Assembly (NCBI GenBank): GCA_964291405.2
Contig: OZ219926.1
Span: forward strand, 4,320,001-4,384,000
Length of the DNA: 64,000 nucleotides
Reading direction: 5' to 3'
Source of the DNA: Thermodesulfobacteriota bacterium
GTDB taxonomy: Bacteria; Desulfobacterota; Binatia; Bin18
The translations under genes and the position numbers were made by a program. Positions 57,326 through 64,000 of the stretch are shown in pieces. The first letter of the stretch is position 1. Each line of letters starts with the position of its first letter. The notes beneath the pieces are model-generated. The model was not told the origin of the DNA. It worked only from the letters and a program-made list of their open reading frames with translations, and made no database searches.

Positions 57326-58147
57326 CTACGTGTCATCAACGCAAGCGGCGTGGCCAGAGGCAGGGGATACGGGCGAAACATCCACTCGCTCAAGAAAGGC
57401 GAGGGATTTGAGTGGCCGGGACAAATGCTGAGCCAAAAGTCGTGACACAAGAGAGCGTGTTTCCTGGTAGATTCGTGGCGATCTATGATCAGAGTCCGCA
57501 TCGGGCACGCGCTCACTGGCGAGCCAAGTCTGGAGTAGTCTAAGCGTTTCAGGAGCAAGGCGAAACGTTGCACCCCCCTGAGTATCGCACTTGGGACACA
57601 GCAGGCCGCTGAGACTCGGAGAGAAGACCAGAGCCGGCCCGTTCGCTGTGCGCAGTGGGAGGGAGGTCCCGCAGATGCAACAGGAGCTCAGGTTTGGGGC
57701 ATAGCCAACCTCAACCAGGAGTCGCAGCTCAAAAGCCGGGAGAAACAGAGCCGGAAGCGGGGACGACTCTTCAAGCGAGACTAAACCGTGCAGGAGGAGG
57801 GCGTAGATTTCTTGACCGGCCTCCCGCCCGGCCACCATGACGTCCGTCAGCTCAACCATATAACTGGCCAGGGCAAAGCGGTGGATGTCTTGACTCGGAC
57901 GGCGGAACGTCTGGACAAGCTCGCAGCCCAGGATAAAGGCCAGTTCATCAGAGCGACTTGGCCGGAATCTGAGGCGAATATGGGTGAAAGGTTCAAGAAC
58001 GTTGACAAAACGTCGTCGTGAGCGTTTTGCCCCTTTTGCAATCCCGGTAATCTTCCCCCAGTCCTGAGTGAGGAAAGTGACGATCTTGTCCGATTCTCCG
58101 TGTACTCGCGTACGCAGAACAATAGCGGGGGTCCGTTCTTCTTGCAT
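57326..58147 (-). CDS. recO: DNA repair protein RecO
   Basis: ESDKIVTFLT..GKITGIAKGAKRSRRRF; CxxC...CxxC. Confidence 0.95.
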   Translation of the reverse strand: MQEERTPAIVLRTRVHGESDKIVTFLTQDWGKITGIAKGAKRSRRRFVNVLEPFTHIRLRFRPSRSDELAFILGCELVQTFRRPSQDIHRFALASYMVELTDVMVAGREAGQEIYALLLHGLVSLEESSPLPALFLPAFELRLLVEVGYAPNLSSCCICGTSLPLRTANGPALVFSPSLSGLLCPKCDTQGGATFRLAPETLRLLQTWLASERVPDADSDHRSPRIYQETRSLVSRLLAQHLSRPLKSLAFLERVDVSPVSPASGHAACVDDT

Positions 58148-58154
58148 TTGCGGC

Positions 58155-58183
58155 TTGACAGTCCAGGGAGTGATTCTTAGATT
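58155..58183 (+). promoter_or_regulatory. Sigma-70-like promoter upstream of grpE
   Basis: TTGACA-N17-TAGATT. Confidence 0.55.
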
Positions 58184-58285
58184 TCCTGCAACCTCTCTTC
58201 TTCCCTACCATAAATACATGAAAAAGCGAACAAATGAGGGCGGTGAGAAGAGTCCGGCGGGAGAGCTGGGAGAATGAGGGAATGT

Positions 58286-59017
58286 ATGGAAAGACAGGGA
58301 AACGGTCAGTCAGAAGAACAGGAGAAGACGCCCGGCCACGCATCCGACCAAACAGCGTTTGAAGGGTCTTCAGAGGGCGCGAATGGGAAAGGTACGTGCC
58401 AAGAGCAAGAAGGCAATCAGGGTGAGTTGGAAGGACAAGGGAGTGAAGCAGTAGGGGGTAGTGAGCACGCGGAGCTCGATGATCAGGCCGATCAGGACAC
58501 GCCTGATGAACTGACTCTCGTACGGGCACAACTCGTCGCGCAAGAAGCGCTCGCCAAGGAGAAAGACGACCTGTTGCTCAGGGAACGGGCTGAACTGGAA
58601 AATTTCAAACGTCGGATGCAGCGGGAGAAAAACGAGTCTCTGCGTTTTGCGAGTGAGCCGCTGCTCCGTGATATTTTGTCCGTTATCGACAATCTGGAGC
58701 GGGCGGTCGCGCACGCCAAGGGGAGCGAAGGCAGTCAGGCCCTGGTTGAGGGGGTGGAATTAGTCTTGCGGTCGCTGCTGGACACCATAGGCCGGCACGG
58801 CGTGAGCCGGGTGAAAGCAAAGGGAGAGACCTTTGATCCAAATCTGCATGAAGCAGTGGTGCAAGTTGAAAATACCGAGGTTGCTCCGAATACCGTGCTT
58901 GACGAACATCAGTCCGGATATCAGCTGCATGACCGCTTATTGCGCCCGGCAATGGTGAGCGTTTCCAAAGCAGCGCCACCGGCACGGGAAGAAGGAGAGG
59001 AAAAATCAGAGCCGTAG
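58286..59017 (+). CDS. grpE: Nucleotide exchange factor GrpE
   Basis: AELENFKRR, FDPNLHEA, RLLRPAMVSV. Confidence 0.95.
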   Translation: MERQGNGQSEEQEKTPGHASDQTAFEGSSEGANGKGTCQEQEGNQGELEGQGSEAVGGSEHAELDDQADQDTPDELTLVRAQLVAQEALAKEKDDLLLRERAELENFKRRMQREKNESLRFASEPLLRDILSVIDNLERAVAHAKGSEGSQALVEGVELVLRSLLDTIGRHGVSRVKAKGETFDPNLHEAVVQVENTEVAPNTVLDEHQSGYQLHDRLLRPAMVSVSKAAPPAREEGEEKSEP

Positions 59018-59102
59018 CGGTTGCCAACGCACAAGGTGATGATTAACAAGTGCTGTACAACGGGAGTCGCCCGAGAAGGCTCTCGCTATAAGGAGAACAG
59101 GT

Positions 59103-61031
59103 ATGGGAAAGGTTATTGGGATTGATTTGGGAACAACAAACTCCGTTGTGTCTGTGATGGAAGGTGGTGAGCCCACGGTGATCACGAATGCTGAGGGCAA
59201 TCGGACGACGCCTTCTGTGGTCGCTTTTTCCGACAGTGGGGAGCGACTTGTGGGGCAGATTGCCAGTCGGCAGTCCGTGACCAATCCGGAAAATACGATT
59301 TTTTCGATTAAACGGCTTATTGGCCACCGTTATGGAGATAAAGAGGTAAACAAGGCGCAACAACTGCTGCCCTACCAAGTAGTCAAATCCGAGAGTGGGG
59401 ATGCCTGGGTTGAGAGCCGCGGGAAACAATACAGCCCGCCCGAGATTTCAGCCTTCACCTTACAGAAAATGAAACAAACGGCCGAGGATTATCTTGGCGA
59501 GACCGTCTCTGATGCGGTGATTACTGTGCCTGCGTATTTCAACGATTCTCAACGGCAGGCCACAAAAGACGCTGGTCGCATCGCTGGATTGAATGTGCAG
59601 CGGATTATCAATGAGCCGACCGCGGCGTCGCTGGCCTACGGGCTCGACAAGAAGAAAGATGAAAAGATCGCGGTGTTCGACCTGGGAGGCGGAACGTTTG
59701 ACATCTCCATCCTCGAAGTTGGAGACGGCGTGTTTGAGGTCAAGGCAACGAACGGGGACACGTTTCTGGGGGGCGACGATTTCGATCAATGTATTATCGA
59801 TTATCTTGCCGACGAATTTAAAAAGGATCAGGGTGTTGATCTGCGTGCCGACCGGATGGCCCTGCAGCGTCTGAAAGAGGCCGGCGAGAAGGCCAAGTGT
59901 GAGCTGTCGTCTTCGATGGAGACCGAAATCAACCTGCCCTTTATCACCGCGGACCAGAGTGGGCCGAAACATCTCACCATGAAACTCACGCGGGCCAAGC
60001 TGGAAGCGCTGTGCGCCGATTTGCTCAATAGCCTGGACCGGCCCTGCCTCACGGCTCTGAAGGACGCGGGACTCTCCGCCCAGCAGATCGATGAGATCGT
60101 CTTGGTTGGTGGTATGACGCGTATGCCTGCGGTGCAGGAGCGGGTAGCCAAGATTTTTGGGAAAGAGCCGCATAAAGGGGTGAATCCTGACGAAGTGGTC
60201 GCCGTCGGGGCTGCCATTCAGGGAGCGGTGCTCACCGGTGATGTGAAAGATGTGCTCCTGTTGGATGTCACGCCGCTCTCCTTGGGCATCGAGACGCTCG
60301 GTGGTGTCTTCACGCGGCTGATTGAAAAAAATACGACCATTCCAACCAAAAAGAGCCAGGTTTTTTCAACCGCTGCTGACAATCAGACGGCGGTGACGAT
60401 TCGTGTTCACCAAGGGGAGCGCGAAATGGCGTCGGACAATAAGCTGTTGGGGCAGTTCGATCTGGTTGGGATTCCGCCGGCGCCACGAGGCATTCCCCAA
60501 GTCGAGGTGACCTTTGACATTGATGCGAATGGCATTGTCCACGTGAACGCCAAGGACCTCGGTACCGGAAAAGAGCAATCGATTCAAATTACCGCCTCCA
60601 GCGGCCTGTCCGAGGAAGAAATTCAGGATATGGTTCGGGATGCCGAGTCTCACGCCGAAGAGGACCAGAAGAAAAAGGCCCGCATTGAGGCGCATAATCA
60701 GCTTGATGCGTTGGTCTACTCAACCGAGAAGTCTCTGGCTGACCATAAAGACGAAACAGATGCGGAGACGGTTGGGAATATCGAAGCCGCGCTAGAGAAA
60801 GCCAAAAAGGCCCTGGAGGGAGATGATACCGAGGCCATGCAGGCGGCAACGGAAGAGTTGACCCAGGCCTCTCATAAGCTGGCCGAAGCCATGTACGCAA
60901 AAGCGGCGAAGGAGCAAGCTGAGGCGCAAGGTACCCAAGCCGATGATGGGTCGGCAGACCCCGGTGCGGGTAGTACACAGGCAAAAGGGAACGACGACGT
61001 TGTCGATGCGGACTTTGAAGAAGTTAAGTAA
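59103..61031 (+). CDS. dnaK: Chaperone DnaK
   Basis: [25 protein letters not shown]. Confidence 0.99.
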   Translation: MGKVIGIDLGTTNSVVSVMEGGEPTVITNAEGNRTTPSVVAFSDSGERLVGQIASRQSVTNPENTIFSIKRLIGHRYGDKEVNKAQQLLPYQVVKSESGDAWVESRGKQYSPPEISAFTLQKMKQTAEDYLGETVSDAVITVPAYFNDSQRQATKDAGRIAGLNVQRIINEPTAASLAYGLDKKKDEKIAVFDLGGGTFDISILEVGDGVFEVKATNGDTFLGGDDFDQCIIDYLADEFKKDQGVDLRADRMALQRLKEAGEKAKCELSSSMETEINLPFITADQSGPKHLTMKLTRAKLEALCADLLNSLDRPCLTALKDAGLSAQQIDEIVLVGGMTRMPAVQERVAKIFGKEPHKGVNPDEVVAVGAAIQGAVLTGDVKDVLLLDVTPLSLGIETLGGVFTRLIEKNTTIPTKKSQVFSTAADNQTAVTIRVHQGEREMASDNKLLGQFDLVGIPPAPRGIPQVEVTFDIDANGIVHVNAKDLGTGKEQSIQITASSGLSEEEIQDMVRDAESHAEEDQKKKARIEAHNQLDALVYSTEKSLADHKDETDAETVGNIEAALEKAKKALEGDDTEAMQAATEELTQASHKLAEAMYAKAAKEQAEAQGTQADDGSADPGAGSTQAKGNDDVVDADFEEVK

Positions 61032-61063
61032 GGTTCTTACCTGTCTCTCGGGACCCTTGTCAT

Positions 61064-61107
61064 AAGACCCCCACTTCTCCTACAGTTGGAGGAGAAGTGG
61101 GGGTCTT
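61064..61107. terminator. 18-bp perfect stem between dnaK and dnaJ
   Basis: AAGACCCCCACTTCTCCT/AGGAGAAGTGGGGGTCTT. Confidence 0.6.
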
Positions 61108-61131
61108 CAGTATCAGGGAATAGGGGTGGAT

Positions 61132-62247
61132 ATGGCAAGCAAAGCCGATTATTACGAGCTGTTGGGCGTGAGTCGAGACATAGGCGCAGAAGAGCTGAAA
61201 AAGGCCTATCGCAAAGCGGCGCTTCGCTACCACCCGGACCGCAATCCTGGAGACAAGGCGGCCGAAGAGAAATTCAAGGAGTTGTCGGAGGCCTATCAAG
61301 TCCTCAGCGACTCAGAGAAACGATCCCAGTACGATCGCTTTGGGCACGCCGCATTTGAGCAAGGAGCAGGAGGATTTGGCGGAGGATTCGACTTTTCATC
61401 AACGAACTTTGAAGACATCTTTGGGGATATCTTTGGTGATTTCTTCGGCGGTGGAGGTCGGGCTGGACGTCAGGCGCGTGGGCAAGATCTCGGGTATAGC
61501 CTTGAGGTCTCCTTCGAGGAGGCCGCCTTCGGGACGGAAAAAACCGTTTCCATTCCACGCCGGGTAACGTGTGCGCCCTGTCAGGGGACTGGAGCGAAAC
61601 CAGGAACGCGGCCACAGACGTGCGGAACCTGTCGTGGCAGTGGTCAGATGCGTTTTCAACAAGGTTTCTTTACGGTGGCCCGAACGTGCAATCGGTGCGG
61701 CGGGCAGGGGGCAGTGGTGACCGACCCGTGTCTGGAGTGTCAGGGTGCTGGTGCTGTGCGGAAAACGTCGAACCTGCAGATTAAAATTCCCGGAGGAGTG
61801 GACTCCGGTTCTCGGCTCAAGCTGCGTGGAGAAGGAGAAGCCGGCCCGGTTGGCGGTATTGCTGGCGACCTGTATGTCACCATTCAGGTGGGGGAGCACC
61901 CTCTGTTTGAGCGGCAACACAACGAGGTGATCTGTGAGTTGCCTATCAGCTTCCCACAGGCCGCGCTTGGCGCTGATATCGAGGCTCCCACGCTCGAAGG
62001 GAAGATCAAAATGAAGGTGCCTGCCGGTACGCAGTCGGGCAGTGTCTTTCGGCTCCGAGGCAAAGGCATCGTCGACCTGCGCGGTGGCGGCCGTGGCGAC
62101 CAACTCGTTCGCATCGTGGTGGAAACCCCCACCGACCTTGGGGCCAAGCAGAAAGAATTGTTGGAAGAGTTCGCGCGGCTCAATGGGGGTGAGGTGCATC
62201 CCATCTCCAAGGGATTTTTTGATAAGGTCAAAGAGCTGTTTGGATAG
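61132..62247 (+). CDS. dnaJ: Chaperone DnaJ
   Basis: HPD, G/F-rich region, four CxxCxGxG repeats. Confidence 0.98.
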   Translation: MASKADYYELLGVSRDIGAEELKKAYRKAALRYHPDRNPGDKAAEEKFKELSEAYQVLSDSEKRSQYDRFGHAAFEQGAGGFGGGFDFSSTNFEDIFGDIFGDFFGGGGRAGRQARGQDLGYSLEVSFEEAAFGTEKTVSIPRRVTCAPCQGTGAKPGTRPQTCGTCRGSGQMRFQQGFFTVARTCNRCGGQGAVVTDPCLECQGAGAVRKTSNLQIKIPGGVDSGSRLKLRGEGEAGPVGGIAGDLYVTIQVGEHPLFERQHNEVICELPISFPQAALGADIEAPTLEGKIKMKVPAGTQSGSVFRLRGKGIVDLRGGGRGDQLVRIVVETPTDLGAKQKELLEEFARLNGGEVHPISKGFFDKVKELFG

Positions 62248-62253
62248 GCGGGT

Positions 62254-63261
62254 ATGAAAATACGGGATCTCGGTGAGTTTCCCTTTTTGCGCCGCCTCCG
62301 TGAGCGCTTGCCCCACGCTATCCACGATCCTCGAATTCAACTCGGCATTGGCGATGACTGTGCCGCCCTCTCGCTTCCAGGGTTCACGGTGTTGACAACG
62401 GATGCTATGATCGCCGGTGTCCACTTCCAGTGTGAGTGGACACCCTTTTTCGTATTGGGGCAGAAAGCCTTTGCCGTCAATGCGAGTGATGTAGCGGCGA
62501 TGGGCGGTGAGCCGGCTTTCGCCCTCCTGAGTTTGGGTGTTCCCCAAGACGCTGCCGTCGAAGACCTGGACGCCTTTTTTGATGGCTTCCTTGATGCTGC
62601 TCAGAAAATGCGAACTACCCTCATCGGTGGCAATATGAGTGCGGCGCCGGTTTTTATGATTTCTGTCTCCCTCCTGGGGCAGACACCGTACGGGCTGATC
62701 GCTCGTGCCGGCGCGTGCGTCGAGGACGAGGTGTACGTGACTGGAACTCTGGGTGATGCGGCCTTAGGGTTACGTCTCCTCACCAATGAATTGACCGGAG
62801 ATTCCGAGAGCGCTGCTGCCCAACACCTGAAACAGCGCTTCCTATGCCCGACCGCCCGTGTCGCAGTCGGAAAAGAACTCGCGGCCCAACGCTTGGCGAC
62901 CGCTATGATTGATGTCAGTGACGGGCTGCTCCAGGATTTGGGTCATCTGTGCGAAGCGAGCCAAGTCGGTGCTGTGGTCGAAGCCCAAACGATCCCGCTG
63001 TCCGAGGGCTATCGGGCACTCCTGGGCACACAGGATTGGGTACTGGCCCTGGCTGGTGGGGAGGATTACGAGTTGCTCTTTAGCGCGCCGGTTACGGCAC
63101 GTCCCAGGATTCAGGAGATCGCAGACAAAAGCGCCTGTACGATCACACGTATCGGCTCGCTCGTGCCCCAGGCAGACGGGGTGACCGTCGTGTTACCGGA
63201 CGGGCCGCGGGCCGCGAGCGAGTTTACCGGGTTTAATCATTTTGCGCAGAGCAGATCATGA
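62254..63261 (+). CDS. thiL: Thiamine-monophosphate kinase
   Basis: GIGDDCA, NASDVAAMG, IDVSDGL, GGEDYELL. Confidence 0.95.
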   Translation: MKIRDLGEFPFLRRLRERLPHAIHDPRIQLGIGDDCAALSLPGFTVLTTDAMIAGVHFQCEWTPFFVLGQKAFAVNASDVAAMGGEPAFALLSLGVPQDAAVEDLDAFFDGFLDAAQKMRTTLIGGNMSAAPVFMISVSLLGQTPYGLIARAGACVEDEVYVTGTLGDAALGLRLLTNELTGDSESAAAQHLKQRFLCPTARVAVGKELAAQRLATAMIDVSDGLLQDLGHLCEASQVGAVVEAQTIPLSEGYRALLGTQDWVLALAGGEDYELLFSAPVTARPRIQEIADKSACTITRIGSLVPQADGVTVVLPDGPRAASEFTGFNHFAQSRS

Positions 63262-64000
63262 CACGAGACCGCCTGGCTGAAATGCTCACCCAAGTTCAAC
63301 AGGGGGTGTTATCTATCGAGCAGGCGCTTGAACGGCTCAAGCAACTGCCTTTTGAAGATCTCGACTTTGCCCGAATCGATCACCACCGGGCGCTGCGTAA
63401 AGGCTTTCCCGAGGTCATTTGGGGGCCAGGAAAAACGAGCCAACAGATTGCCACGATTGCTTCACGTCTCGTTGAGAACGGACAGCCGGCACTGATTACG
63501 CGTCTGGATGAAAAAAAAGCCCAGAAGGTTCAAACTTCCCTGCCCGCCCTGGTGTATTATCCGGAGGCGCGCATCGGAGCCCTGGGCGAACGGCCGACTC
63601 CCAAGACCTCGTTGTCTATCCTGGTGGTCGCGGCTGGCACCGCGGATATTCCCGTTGCCGAAGAGGCCGTGATTTCGGCCGAGTGGCTCGGCAATAACGT
63701 CGAGCGTTTATACGATGTCGGAGTTGCCGGTCTGCACCGCCTGTTTGATAATCTGGACCGACTCCGGGCCGCGTCAGTTTTGATTGTGGTGGCCGGTATG
63801 GAAGGCGCGCTGCCGAGTGTCATTGGTGGGCTGGTGGATCGACCCATCATCGCGGTGCCAACGAGTATCGGCTACGGCGCCAGTTTCGGTGGCGTCGCCG
63901 CCCTCTTGGCCATGCTCAATTCCTGCGCGGCAGGTGTGACGGTGGTGAATATCGATAACGGATTTGGTGCGGCCGCCGCAGCCACCCTGATCAATCGGCC
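63258..64000 (+). CDS. larB: Nickel-pincer cofactor biosynthesis protein LarB, 3' end outside window
   Basis: Manual translation: ARIDHHRALRKGFPEVI...DVGVAGLHRL...AGMEGALPSV...PTSIGYG...NIDNGFGAA. Confidence 0.9.
   Translation, partial: MTRDRLAEMLTQVQQGVLSIEQALERLKQLPFEDLDFARIDHHRALRKGFPEVIWGPGKTSQQIATIASRLVENGQPALITRLDEKKAQKVQTSLPALVYYPEARIGALGERPTPKTSLSILVVAAGTADIPVAEEAVISAEWLGNNVERLYDVGVAGLHRLFDNLDRLRAASVLIVVAGMEGALPSVIGGLVDRPIIAVPTSIGYGASFGGVAALLAMLNSCAAGVTVVNIDNGFGAAAAATLINR

Noticed and set aside
58148-58285. hrcA gene or CIRCE element before grpE-dnaK-dnaJ
   Set aside because: No TTAGCACTC-N9-GAGTGCTAA and no hrcA ORF here.

Overview
Bacterial chromosomal window, GC-rich. Gene content (recO-ppdK, grpE-dnaK-dnaJ, hpnD, larB, several LLM monooxygenases and CoA-transferases, a secreted ankyrin protein) suggests a deltaproteobacterial/Binatia-like organism, possibly host-associated; this is inference. 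The left part (about 1-26 kb) is a mosaic accessory region. It holds seven toxin-antitoxin loci (several with decayed toxins; an eighth, orphan antitoxin lies at 33.6 kb), secreted proteins built from two shared unannotated domains plus ankyrin, metalloprotease or Cys-repeat cargo, duplicated promoter/leader blocks, IS-end-like repeats, and three displaced copies of the 3' end of a sodium:solute symporter gene. An IS630 element and five MITEs with its ends are present, carrying three different palindromic cargoes. The middle holds frc, an alpha2-type glycyl-tRNA synthetase that apparently replaced glyQ/glyS, catabolic genes, and a coupled four-gene operon at 35968-40219 (wHTH-like protein, AAA+ ATPase, PIN nuclease, N4/N6 DNA methyltransferase). 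That operon is my best candidate for an undescribed anti-phage system. The right part (45-64 kb) is mostly housekeeping. No rRNA, tRNA or CRISPR array was seen. Family assignments are by motif recognition only; no database was searched.
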